NCBI GenBank assembly: GCA_002633005.1
Contig: NMRA01000245.1
Coordinates: 124,001 to 188,000 of the forward strand
DNA from: Phoronis australis
Taxonomy: Eukaryota > Animalia > Phoronida
Direction of reading: 5' to 3'
Length of the DNA stretch: 64,000 nt
Positions 26,201 to 39,704 of the stretch are shown here, in pieces (positions within the stretch are counted from its first letter, which is position 1; each line of letters starts with the position of its first letter). Below the pieces are notes generated by a model, which saw only the letters and a program-made list of their open reading frames with translations, was not told the origin of the DNA and ran no database searches. The position numbers and the translations under genes are program-made.

Positions 26201-29200
26201 AAAAACTATGGCAGAATAAAATACTTCGGAGAAATGACATTTGGCCAAGTAATAACCGGACCAGGGTGAAACTAGAGACAATCAGATACTGGAGTCACAG
26301 ACTAACAATAACAGGACCTTGCACATGTTTGAAACTGACAACAACATTCACAAACTGGCAAGCTTTCAACAATCCACAGAAACCCTGTTAGCAATTATAA
26401 GTCACTTGCTTATCTCAGGCCCGGTTTCCCACGATTCAAGTGTGCACATGCAGAGTGGATGTACCATGCCTGGAACAGAAGCACGAGCCTGTGAACTGGA
26501 ATCAAATACCTTTAAGTTCAGCAAGGCAGGGAACTCGGGCCTAAAAACATGAAGACTGTCTAAGACAGAAATAGCCTGCACCAGCTACGTTGCATGCCAC
26601 CACAGAACCGTCGATGCCTCCAAATTGGAACGGATTATCGGCCCCATTTCCCAATGAAAACTATTTAAAAACCACACAGAATTCACAATTTCATTTCCTA
26701 AAATTCCCCTCAAGGTAAGAATCACTTAAGCAAAACGTTAATTTGATGCATTGTCCATGAGGGTCACGGGGGATTGGTAGTTACCTGGGAGGTGGTGAAA
26801 TTTTAACTCAAACAAAAATTACAGTCTTAAAAGACACAAGCACTTTTCCCTTCAGGTGAACGAAGACCCTGCACCAGGACTACCATTCAGTATAGAACAA
26901 AAATTAAGGCATGTATTTCATCAACTGAGACACGAGGTTCCCATTGAGTAACCTTGGTCTTCAGAACCTATGAAAGCCTTAGATCTTTGTAATGAAATAG
27001 GACGTGAGAACCTTACGAAATCTGAATTGCTCTAGTTTCTTCACCCACTCTCAGTAGATCACGCTTAGTACACTTGACCATCACCGAGTACCTGTCCTCG
27101 TCTCTAACACAGCGTGAGAGGAAGGAGTTAGAGACTCAACGGACAAAGGTAATGCATCCAGATTAATGAGAGTTCTTCCTCTAATCCTCTGGGGAAATCT
27201 GCCTGCGGCTAAAGACGTGTAGTGTGAAAGATGTCTTGTAATAGAACAGACACGCTGGCATCAGTGATATCGACATTTTGTACAATGAACACACAAGTCG
27301 AAACACGATGCCATTCACAGCAATACACGAGGGGGAACAGTTTACACTGAGATTAGCGAGAAGTCAACTGGCAACTGAAAACAACAATAAGCCAGGGCTT
27401 CACCATCATCAAAACATGCTTCAGGAAACGACAACATCAAAGGAAACTAATCAGCCGCACAGTTCAATGCTCAGCCCTTGTCCTAATAATAACACGACTT
27501 ACCCAGACAACATGATGAAGGTATTACAAATGTTGCACTTAACATCACACTTAATCAAAGCAGCAGCGATGATGATGTCGTGACCTAGTAAGACTTGATT
27601 GGATAAGAAGCTCACAGACAGTCCATCGTTTGATGTGGCTAGAACACAAAGACTACAGGGGGTGCCTGATAACAATCATTATGGGTGACAACAACAATTA
27701 TGCACACGACATAGCTGAGTGAATGATGTTGCAGTTGAAACAACCTCATCAATCAAGGACTCGCAGATACGCTCCGTTGCATTCGAAATCTCGCTGTACA
27801 GTATAACGACACCAAAGGCACCGCCTATGGTAATGCAGAAGAAGTTAACAGTAAACTGTCTGTTGTACGTGAGCCTTTCATAACCATAAACGAGCAGCCA
27901 CTGCCCACTCAGTTTTGAAAATACATGGGATGGAACCGTCCTTACGTAGGACTTCCTACAGTCGAGAACATCCACTCGAGTTTCGGAAACATCAGAACTG
28001 CGAATTAGAGGCAAACTTAATGTGTTCATGAGGGGTATAACTGAAACTACAGTAAGGGCAGACATGGTTTCTATAGGCAATCAACCAGAAGAAAGCCCCA
28101 TACCTTCCCACACCTAATGACTTAAACCCATCAGATTTGCCAACCAAATCTTTTCAAAGAAATTACAAATTTGCTATGTTCTACCTTCACTGTTGTCCGG
28201 AGTCAGCCTGTATTAGAACAGAATCACCATTCACAAAACTTTCACAAAAATTTGTCGACCCAAATCATAGAAATCTTGCCATTTGATAACTCCTCTATGA
28301 ACAAATCAATCCATTTCATTGTGAAGTACATGCATGTTATCTTTGGTTTCGTTGGCCATTGAACTTCTAAAGGTTGAAGTTTCATATGTAAAATGTAGGC
28401 CAAAATGTGTTACACAAGGTGTTTACTTGTAGCCTCATGTCAGTCCAGTATGTAAGTTCTTCTTCACAGAAAGGCTAGTCTACAGTAAATTCTCATTAAT
28501 TCGAACAAAATTAGTTGCCAATATCCCATTCTCATTTGTCAAACCCTTCTTACATTGCAGTGAGTGTCGGACATTTTGAAATATTAACATCACGGTAAAA
28601 CATCAATTTGGTGAAAAAAATGAGGAAATAAATTTCACCTGCCGGCAATACTGTAGCCTAAATTGCCGAGGTTCTATCGTACCTAGACTGAGTTCCCGCA
28701 GATGAAAATTTACAGGCTATAGCCTCATAATATACTAAAAGATAATTACATGCTGAATGTGCGGTAATCAGTTTCCAGACATCTGCCCACCTTTTCATCA
28801 GAAAAAGTCATACTTAATTAATCGTAAGTATTTCCTGGACTTAAGTGCATGTACACATAACACAACTATACTGCTCTCAATAGTCCATAAATAAATGGAC
28901 AAAGACAATAAATATATATTAATCTCATGACTACAGCTGTACAGGATTTTATTTTATAATGATGATCACCATATAAGTATTGTATAAATCCAAGGATAGT
29001 CTAAGGACTTGCTATGCATTGGTAAGCCATGGGAAGCCTGCTATGCAATGTCGTGAGTCCCTTTCATACTGACTTGACTCCGGTCTGAGTGGTACATCTA
29101 TATAAACTGTGAAGTTAACCGAACCGTTCACACCAGGACCGAACTTAACCCTTCATATAGACTGCAACTTCCCCAACGTGTAATGGGACTAACTCACTGT

Positions 29201-29593
29201 TGCTTGCCTATGTTATCGTGCGACGCTTCTTATGGTAATAAGCAAGAAAGCCACAACCAACACAAATATCACTGTTAGTAATAACTACAATTTTTTACAG
29301 ATAACATCTTCAAATGTCAGACAAAGGGACCTTTGCATAAATCATCCAGTTTACCCCTATTCACTCAGCTTTCCCACAGCTTGTTGGCTCTTAGGAATGT
29401 GGACTAACCAAGTTTGAGTATGTGGGATACATTGGTTGAGTGAGAACCCTCCGAAAGTTTATCTACCGTAACACACGAGATTGATGGCTGAATAGCAACA
29501 ACAACTTCGATACCATTGTCTAGTCGGAAAGGTACGCAAAGTTTCGGCGAAGCTTCGGTAAACCGAAGTTCCCCTAATGAGAAAGCACCAACA

Positions 29594-30396
29594 GAAGTTT
29601 GACACAAAAAATGGTTGTGCTGCTCAAATAAAAGTTCACAATGGTTTAAGACTTTCGATACCGCACAGCCTTTAGTCATGCAGTGTTACACAAGACAAAA
29701 CACAACTACTTAATTTCATTTTTCAACAGCTTCCAATGTTGTCATTTTCAAAAAATATTGTTTGATGGTTGCAACCGAATATAACTTGAATAGAATAAAG
29801 TATTGACTTGATGGCACTTATCTATTACGAAAAATTTTTGAAAATAAAATTTTACTTGTCTGCCATAGTAAGTCCTGAATTGACCACCAGATTTTACTGC
29901 ATTGCACGCCATAGTTGGTCCAGTTGGACCAGTTCAGTCACTAAATAACAGGCGTAACATAATCGCCAGTTGATTTCCACAGCAGTAAGCACAANGAAGT
30001 TTGACACAAAAAATGGTTGTGCTGCTCAAATAAAAGTTCACAATGGTTTAAGACTTTCGATACCGCACAGCCTTTAGTCATGCAGTGTTACACAAGACAA
30101 AACACAACTACCTAAATTCATTTTTCAACAGCTTCCAATGTTGTCATTTTCAAAAAATATTGTTTGATGGTTGCAACCGAATATAACTTGAATAGAATAA
30201 AGTATTGACTTGATGGCACTTATCTATTACGAAAAATTTTTGAAAATAAAATTTTACTTGTCTGCCATAGTAAGTCCTGAATTGACCACCAGATTTTACT
30301 GCATTGCACGCCATAGTTGGTCCAGTTGGACCAGTTCAGTCACTAAATAACAGGCGTAACATAATCGCCAGTTGATTTCCACAGCAGTAAGCACAA
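29594..30396. repeat. 401-bp direct duplication across the N gap at 29995 (probable assembly overlap)
   Basis: 29594-29994 is nearly identical to 29996-30396, and the junction is exactly the N. Confidence 0.9.
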
Positions 30397-31179
30397 AGAT
30401 TTGACAGCAGAATTCTGGCATTGCCAGTGCTTGTCATGCATGTGTCTGGCTGTGACCACTTTGCCAATTTAGCCCACCAGGCAGTAGGAATACACAGGGG
30501 AGCCAACTCAAACCTTCTGTACTGGGAGCTAATGTTTCCCATTTTCAGCACACCTGCGCCCCATTAACAGAAAAAGCACCTCCCAGACCCTTTCTCCAAT
30601 GCCCCTAACTCAACACAGTGTTGGCCTTAATAACAGCCAGTCAAATGGGACAGAGAAACAAAATTTCATTTGCAAACAACGTCAAGATTAAACTCATGAC
30701 GTGCCGTTTTACTGACGTTCCCTTTTTCAAAGAACACAAAGGGGAAGCCACAGCTTAAACAAGTAAAACTGGTTGCTCTTGCACCACTTGAAGTGTGGAG
30801 GAGCTGTGTGAGCTATCATCCAGCTGCCACAGTGATAAGTGATAACCTTCACACATGAGTTGAGCTGTTCCAGGAATACACATTGGTTAATTGATCCCCA
30901 GACTAGTATGAGCACCAAGCATGTCTGTCACTTGTTACACTCATTTTCTGCATACCCACGAGTTGTGTTGAAATGCACCCGCCCTGCGCACAGCAACTAG
31001 TTTATGGTATAAGGAACAAGGACAGACCACAATTCAAGAAACTACGTCGAATTATAAAATGCCAGCGATATGTTACGACACAGTTGCCACCATGAAGCGG
31101 TAATGTAGGTCTCCTAGAAAATTAATGTTGACCACGCTTTCCTTGACAGGAACAAATCTATAACTCGATGGTACAAAAG

Positions 31180-31780
31180 GTCAAATCGGTGTAAAATTGG
31201 GCAGGTGGCATCAACTTTACCATAAACTTTTTTCTCCAAATTTCATGAAAATATGTCAAAGAACTTAGTAGATACTGAAACATACGCAAAGCAAACTTAA
31301 ATTGCCACTTGGGGGCGCCACAGCAGTCGGGACTTGTCAGCCATGCTCTCCTCAATAAGAATGCATGCACAAAAATTCATGGCAGTACACCACGGGAGGC
31401 ACTAGGGGGCGCCGCAGTAGCTGGCCCTGTCCTCGATAGAAACAAATCTGCCAAAGTTCATAATGACAGGTAGGATGCCAAAAACAGGCTAGAAAACAGT
31501 AAAAATAAACACTAGGGAAAAATGAACGAAGATCAGAAAACGTTAAGTCGAAATTCCACAAAATTTCATGAATATCCTGCAGGATGTTAAGGGCGTTACA
31601 TTCCAAAAGATGACAACTATGTGCACCCGCATATATGTTATGCAGGCGCATAAAAATCAAAATGCCACAAGGGGGCACAGTGGTAGTCGGATTGATCTGA
31701 ATGGACATATTTGTCAAATTTCATTAAGATCCAGCAGGGGGTTTTAAGAGATACAGCAGCAGACACCAGATAGATACAAC
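31180..31780. mobile_element. Interspersed repeat with caaatttcat modules and three CTCF-like motifs
   Basis: Repeated aaatttcat modules near 31236, 31559 and 31714. Homologous to 22090-22400. Confidence 0.55.
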
Positions 31781-33826
31781 AAGCACTGTTCCAGGTCATT
31801 TCTTCAAGTTGATCACAAAGACTGGTTGTTTCAAAAGTATTTTTGTTATCTGAGGTCAGACAAAGTCAAATCTTGACCAAGTAGAAGCCAAACCAATTCC
31901 AGCTGTCCCTTGTGAGTCTTTGTGAAATCCTCCAGCAGGGGACATGATTGATGGCTTGTTGCCTGTACAAAATGGGACAAGCACTTCATCAAACACCAAA
32001 GGTCATCCAAGGTCAACCTGTCATGCACTGGAGTTAGAGTGCAGTAGAGTAATATTTATTTGTGGTCTAAGACAGATAGAACAATGAAACATTAGCTACA
32101 GAACAGATTAAAAATTCAAACCTGAATCTAGATTTTTATTTATGAAACCCAGGTTTCCTGGAAAAAAGGTAAATGTGAGTGCAAGATTCAAACTTTTGAA
32201 TACAAAAGCAGAATATTCACATTGTAAAATCGAGAAATAGGTCAAGAGTTTACGTTTTCACTACTTCTCAGTACCACAAATGCAGAGACTTACCACATCG
32301 CATCAAATAAATGGAAACCACGAATATGAATAGTCACCAGAGGCTTCAGCTAAAATATGTCTGTAACATCTATGGCAAAACGGTCTTTCTTCAAAATAAT
32401 GAACACAACAAGGAATTTAAAAGGTACTTCCTTTCTCCCCATAGCCTAATCACGCAACATACTGAACACCTGGCATAAACAATGAGCAAACTAAGGTTCG
32501 CCACCAGACGCTTCTGTCAAAAAGTCTGCAATATAAGTTCTTGAATTTAAAACCTACACCTGTGACAGTGAAACCTGTACTCAGAAGACGACAACACTTT
32601 CCAAAGGGAAGCATTTTCAAACATGGCTACACACTGCAAGGATTTGTGAAAATTTGTGGCTTTTGAGCTTTGATGTTACCGACATTGCAACGCAAATATC
32701 CAGTCGGAAAAAAAAAATTTGACTCCACTCTAATACTAGGAGATAGATTTACAAGGTCACACTGCTACTGAAGGCTGCTTTGTCAGACATTACAAGGTCA
32801 ACAAGCAGAAAGCATGAGCCAGAGATATCTGACTTCACTAATCATCCTCGCATCATGGGCACATCTGCCTTCGACATTAATTGACATAAAAATAACCCCA
32901 TCCTTCAAAAGGAAATTGCTTGCAACACTCAACAAAAGCTGGAAACGTGAATAATGACTTCGGGTGATGTTGTCATGACGACGAGGACAGTGCAAGGGTG
33001 CACATCATGTGATTAGCAGGTCACAACATAGATCCTCCAACACCCTGTTGCTACTTATCCACTTTCTCTACATATAAAAATCTTTAGCTAATTTAGTAAT
33101 ACCACAAATAAGACATTTTTTACTTTTCTTCGGCGTATTTCGTTTCACCTTGATTTAAAATGGTGAATGGTGAGTGGAAAAATTTGCTCATTTTCAAGCA
33201 TTTTACGGAGGCACTCCGTTTTCTCTTTGTTACTCCATCCTCAGTTTACTGATGATGGGGAACACACAAATCCTTTGATATTAACAAGTTATATAACTGC
33301 TTCACCAGTGGCTGTTGCTTTTTGCCTCTTTGTAAACATGCATTTCTCCAATATTACCTGTCAACTCTGAAAGTATCTACCTAAGTTCACTATTTTCCGA
33401 CTGTCAAATTGTAATCTACAGAAGAGCCCGACCCTGTTCCTGTCTTCGTGACACTCGGTCACTGCCACGCCAGAGCACGCATTTTTTCATCTCGATCCTT
33501 TTAAAATCTATGGCTGGGACATTGGTCTGAGCCGAGATGCATACAATTTAAAAATATTTAGTGACAAACCAAAATTTTATAAATACAGTAACCTGTCCAT
33601 GAATGTCACAGCGAGTGTTAGTTCTGACTAAGCACTGTTGATAAGCTCAGCTGATCGATTCTAGGGAGCCTTTCAAAAAAAAACGAAGTCATGTTTTTAT
33701 GTTCCATAAGTTTTTAAGATCCCTCAAAACACAATTAAAATCATAACAAAAACGTGTGTAGAAGTCTCTTTGATTAAAAGCGGAGGGAACTACACAAAAC
33801 AGATCATTATGACTTAATTGGACTGC

Positions 33827-33941
33827 GGTTATATCACTTGTAATATCATCGGTGATATCACTGGTAATACCATCAGTGATATTACTGGTAATATCACCAG
33901 GTGATATCACGGGAAATATCAGAAATATCATCAGTGATATC
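33827..33941. repeat. 12-bp degenerate minisatellite (ggtgatatcact)
   Basis: About 9 periods; explains the ITxD repeats in ORF 33689-34162. Confidence 0.8.
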
Positions 33942-36900
33942 GGGTCAAGCAGTAATCTACACTTTTGCAGAGAGCAGGCCATACAACACAGCATCTCACA
34001 AGACAAGATGATGGAACCCCTCAGATTGCCCCAATACTCTGATGTCGTCACTGACTTTGAAATGATGCAGCCTGCCAAACAGACTAGAGACAGACAACAC
34101 AACATCATGTAAAAGGGCAGAACTTTTAGCACTGAGGAACTTTGGTCAGGAAACGAAAACACTCTAGGTGTTTTATAGTACTGACCTCATTTTGTGTCAT
34201 TTCCTTAATGTCAAGTTGTCAACTAAAACAAACCTGAGAAAAGGACAAGGCATTTACTGAAAACAAAATAAGAACTTTGAACAGGTCACAGCATCACATT
34301 AAGTAAGTGGAGTGTTTGACTCTTTCAACAAGTCAACCAGGATACTGTGAACACAGAAGATGAAGTCACAATATCAGGACCATTAGCCCCATCTGTACCA
34401 ACACAATACCATCAAGAACAATGAAACCAACAACAAATCAAGAAAAGGCTGGCCAATCAAAAAATTGCAAATTCGAAAATGGTGCGTGTACACAATGCCA
34501 GTTACTTGAGAGTGGAATACCATCACAGTACCGAATATTACAAGACCGATTTTGTGAGAGTAAAAGGTCTCCGTAATTAGATTTTCGTTTCTCAGGCAAC
34601 TAAATACGGCGAAATGCACCTTTACATTGAGTCTACAGGGTGTAGAGCGTAGTCATCCAAAAATCTACAAATGCAATCCTGGTGGATATTCAAATGGCTG
34701 CAAAAATGAAATAACAACCTGGGGACACTACAGCAGTGTTTTACTCTGCACTCACTGACATTTTACAAAGTGTCCTAAAATTTAGTGATAGACATTTTTG
34801 AAAGCTAAGCAGACACACTTTGGTGATCTACGACTAGCCAGTATTGCAGCGTTTCACTCGTACTAAAAGTTACAACTATTATAGTCTAGGTTTGAAAGAG
34901 AAGCCAATAAGTGCTGACAAAATTTTCTCGACTTTTGGCACGCCCTGAAAAAACTCCACGGTGTTCACAATGTAGACAAAACAAGCACGAGACGCCAGAC
35001 AGAAGACAAAGCCAATTATTAGCATGATAATAATCTCACTCATGCTAACATCCTATGATTTTTGGAATAACAGGTCTCGATGAATACACTGGTATAACCC
35101 ATCCCAATCAAGACTATAGCACGTTTTTGTCTAAAAAACTGCCAAATGCAATGACAAGCGCTTAGTTTCCTCCAGCAGGCTGTAACCACCATTATGTAGT
35201 TTTATTATGCTAGTAGCTGACACCGAGGTTACTAGGTGGTGATGCAATAGTCAGTGAAGCAATCTCGCAGAAACAGTGTTAAGTCCAGTAAATGAGAAAT
35301 TGCGCACACACGCGCACACCACACGTTTGGATTGTAAGTGAAATAAAATGCCTCTAACTGTCTAATACAACTGACAGCAGCACCTGTTCGGAACTGTTTA
35401 CATCCTGGAGGGGACTTGGTTAAGTTGGACCCCATTGTAGTGTGCAGATGCAAAATTAGAATACATATCCATTTCCAGAGCAGACTCAAAAATAGGTGAT
35501 CTTGCCCATGATAAGTTGTTCTTTCATAGAGTTTGCCCCAGAAACACCACACTTTTGTAGGGGTTTATCCTATTAACCAAACATTTGGCAGGGATTCTTG
35601 GAATGGACAGCTGTTTGTTTACCCATAAAGCCGACATACCAAGGTGCCATAAAATAGTACATTTTTGCAATTAAAGCTTGCTGCTGCTGGAAAAATTAAT
35701 CAGTTTCTAGAGGTTTGTATCCCAAAAAGAACATTCTTTAGCAGGGAATTAAATTGGAAACGGCAACCAGGGAAAATGGTTGTGAAAAAGCCACCCATAC
35801 CTGAACGGCACACCCAATACACGTACCCCTCCAATGGGAGTACTCCCCAAGTTTCCATTGTGACACACAGCATCAATCCATAATAAAACTCTACAAGTTA
35901 ACAGCCAAGTTGAGAAACATTTTAACTTCAAATCAAGAGCAGATTTAAGCATTCGCACTTATTGATGTTCCACTCAACCTCCAGGCGTTGACAAAGTGGG
36001 AAAGGGGCAATGGAGGTATAAGACTTGCCTCCCACAGAGGAAGCAGACATTTGTGCACTGTAAATTGTAACATTTTATGGCATTAATGCTAGTTGTAACC
36101 TTTGACAAGAAGCCTATTGAGATTACAGATAAGGTAAAATATAGCAGAACTGTGGCTATCAATCACCAGTCCACTCATGTTTCCTGGACATGGTTGACCA
36201 CTCAGACATAAGTGACCAGCTGTGGTGCGCACTGGTGGGTGTCTCACTGTCTGACCCAGATACCCAGACAAGAAATTGACCAGAGGTCAAATGACCAGAA
36301 CTTGGCATTTGGACTATGCAGAGATCGTGAAAATGAAACACCGATGAGAAGACGCAGTCACATGTACAGTAAGGTGCTAGTAAACACTGTTCTTCAGAGA
36401 CATAAACCCTGGTAACACCTGGTATTTGAATATCAGTCTTCTTGCGCAATGCGGTGGATCAAAATTATAGAATAATAACGCAAGTCATAAAACAAGACGG
36501 CAAGGTGTTCTGAGGCACATCAGTAAACGCTCACATTCATAGAACGATCTAATCACACGCACACACTGAAGGTAAACCAGTCCTTGCTATTGGATGCTGC
36601 AAACAAAACAGCAGCGGGCATAATGGCAAGACCGACAACACAACAACTGACAGCCAACACCGAGTGGGATACTTCTTGCTTCAAATGTAAAATACGTCAG
36701 CGACTGCTCATGTCAGCTGTCACAGCACGGCACAGCACAGGTGGGGATGTGGACGATTTTCACAACAGGTGTGTATGAGCGGTGCATTTGCTGTCTATAA
36801 ATCAAAGATGGAGTGCCTACACCTTTGTTATAAATGAGCACGGGGTCACGTCGAGAGAACGATCGATCACATGCTTTCCCTGTAACGCATTAGTAAGCAC

Positions 36901-37464
36901 TAATCTGATCTCAGTTAACTCACAAAAACCTAACATTACCTAACATAGCCGAGGTCATGTTCATCATGCAACCCATAGGTTACAGAAAGGTCATTTTGTG
37001 CGTGAGCAAGGCGCGTGGACGACAGACGCATGTAGAGTTTACAAGGAAATTACATCTCCCCCGGTGTCGAAAACACTGGTGTCAGCACTAGTCTATTGGT
37101 GTTGCCAAGCAATAATTGACATAGCTGGCACAGGAAACTGTGACAAACACCTCAACAGTAGAAATAAACGTAATGGAATATCTGAAAGCTGATACAGGTG
37201 AAAAGCACGCAAACATCAGAAATAATGTGCAAACTAATGCAGATTTGCAGCAAACAAAGCAGCCATTACTCTTACAGCAGCTTCTATTAGACACACAGAT
37301 CTCAAAACAGCAACATAAAGCACGGGCGGAGAAACCTTGCTTTTGCATTGCAGAATATTGCAGAAAACTACACGTACAAGTTGTTGACCTACTGCAGTTT
37401 ACAGCACATGAAGCGCTGCGCCTGTTGAAGCTACATAATCAAGTGTGTACATGCATGAACATAC

Positions 37465-37562
37465 CTGGCTCTGGTCTTTCTCTTTTTCTTTACTAGTACA
37501 CGCTCGTCGCGTGTTCCTTGGAGTACTGCCTACGTCTATGCCACGTAGTATTGAATCAACAA
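37465..37562 (-). CDS. JMJD1C: KDM3/JMJD1C exon (VVDSILRGIDVGSTPRNTRRACTSKEKEKDQSQ), absent from the ORF track
   Basis: Acceptor ttcctttccag|TT, donor CAG|gtatgt, 98 nt, phase 1/0, exactly bridging its neighbours. Matches JMJD1C VVHSLLKGENIGITSRRR (recalled). Confidence 0.9.
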
Positions 37563-38554
37563 CTGGAAAGGAATAGACAAAACATCACAGTGACTTGAGC
37601 ACAACACGTCGCACGCAATAGTAGAATACAGCAATGCCACCAAAGGTGTGAGTTTCGAAAACAACAACACAGAAAAAATCTGCATACTAAATTGAACAAT
37701 GAAAAAAGTAAATATCTGCAACAGCCCCCCCCCCCCCCATAACTACTGACCTAAGTCTAGTCTCACAAATGCCAACAACACTCCTCATAGGACTGCCAAC
37801 ACTGGTTACTGCACATGACCACATATACTATCTAGTGAGACTTGATCAGCAGACTGCTGCTAATGCAATAACACTGAAAACAACATATCAGTCAGCTCTG
37901 TCTAATTATAGCCAGAGTGGTGAGTCAAGCAGACCACAAACAATGGCGCTAAACACAGACCATTCTCGCTCACTTCACTCTCATATCCTGTCCTACAATG
38001 TGATCTTCATTACAACCACCACTTTTATTATTGCAGGCTGAAAGATGGCCAGCAGCACTTCAAGTGGCGGGGTCAAAGGTCGGAGCACAATAGTGTTTTG
38101 ATAAGGGAGAGACTGGGTTTTCTCAAGGGGAACCACAGATGAATAACACAGGCTGAACACACATCCCTATGAGGTGGGGTTACAGCCAGTAATGTGATTG
38201 CACATAGCCCCCAAGGTAAATAAACCTAATTAGGCTGGTTCAGTGGAGGCGGGAATGCCAGATGGATCAGCACATGAGTACTTTAAGCGGACAACCCGCC
38301 AGTGATTTGTCAAGAAGTCATGCTATTACCCAAGATTAGTAATTCAATTGCCAGCTGAAGATCAAACTAAATCAATATTTGAAATATAAGGCCAAGAGTG
38401 AATGTAGTAGACAGGTATCACATATATGACCTTGCAGTGACTCAGACACTGCTGTTGAACAAAAGAGCCATCTACAGCAATACATGGATGAGCAATGGGT
38501 GGCTGAAAACTGTATACAGTAACCATTTTACTATTTACTATATACAGTTTACTG

Positions 38555-38614
38555 TACAGTAAATAGTTAAATAGTCAAATGATTAATCATTTGACTATTT
38601 AACTATTTACTGTA
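38555..38614. repeat. Perfect 60-bp palindrome
   Basis: tacagtaaatagttaaatagtcaaatgatt|aatcatttgactatttaactatttactgta; the arms are exact reverse complements. Confidence 0.9.
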
Positions 38615-39704
38615 TACAGTAGCCATTATATTATTGAACTATTTACTGTTTACAGTAAAATCTCGCCAATTAAGGATACAATATGGCAGACATGTGGACT
38701 TGTTTTAAATTTTTCACAAGAGACATGCAGCATCAAATAACTGTTTTCTACTTGTATAGTTCTGTACCCTATCTACCAGCCAGACAGTGTTGAGAGAAAT
38801 CGTGGGAATTCACAACAATGCTAGGGGCCTCTGAAAAATGCGATAGTGAATAACTTTGGCAATGATTTTGCGTTTGCCACCAAACACAAACATCACGAAC
38901 AGCCCATCTTCTAATCACACTCGCCAAATCTAACAACAGTTGACATACTGAATGGTTAACTTCGGTACATCGTATCTAAATGGCCGACTTTCAGATACTA
39001 ATATGTTCTCCAAAATGTGGTTAGGGGTCATTTTTAAAATGTTCCACTTAGGGACAAGATACCCTAGAGCAGGTATTGTGAACATGAAAAGCGTCAACGT
39101 CTTCCAGTGGCCACTTCACTTTTCTTTCCTTTAGATTCAGGAGGGCAAAAACACAGCTTCCTTAAATTTCTTCATCTTTTGGTAGCCTCCAGGGCTTGGA
39201 ATTTTCCGCGGAAACGTGGATTTCGGCTTTTTTCNTTGGGCAAATGACCAAACGACAAGCTTTTGCCCCACTTCCCGTGACGTCACATTTAAGTCTCACA
39301 TAATCTCGCGTTATTGTTATAAACTCGCAAAAGGCCTATTAGGCTGGTTCAGTGGAGGCCGGAATGCCAGATGGATCAGCACATGAGTACTTTAAGCGGA
39401 CAACCCGCCAGTGATTTGTCAAGAAGTCATGCTATTACCCAAGATTAGTAATTCAATTGCCAGCTGAAGATCAAACTAAATCAATATTTGAAATATAAGG
39501 CCAAGAGTGAATGTAGCAGACAGGTATCACATCTATGACCTTGTAGTGACTCAGACACTGCTGTTGAACAAAAGAGCCATCTACGGCAATACATGACATG
39601 CAATGGATGGCTGAAAACTGTATACAGTAACCATTTTACTATTTACTATATATAGTTTACTGTACAGTAAATAGTTAGACAAATGATTAATCATTTGACT
39701 ATTT

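Noticed and set aside
27092-27202. Possible cassette exon (open frame ...RIRGRTLINLDALPLSVESLTPSSHAVLETRT, donor gtactc)
   Set aside because: The donor is weak, the phase is incompatible with the phase-0 intron, and there is no homology.
28769-28801. Minus-strand CUGAUGA...GAAAC hammerhead-like spacing
   Set aside because: There is no credible helix II and no helix I or III.
33689-34162. 157-aa ORF with ITxD repeats
   Set aside because: It is explained by the 12-bp minisatellite, with no splice or homology support.
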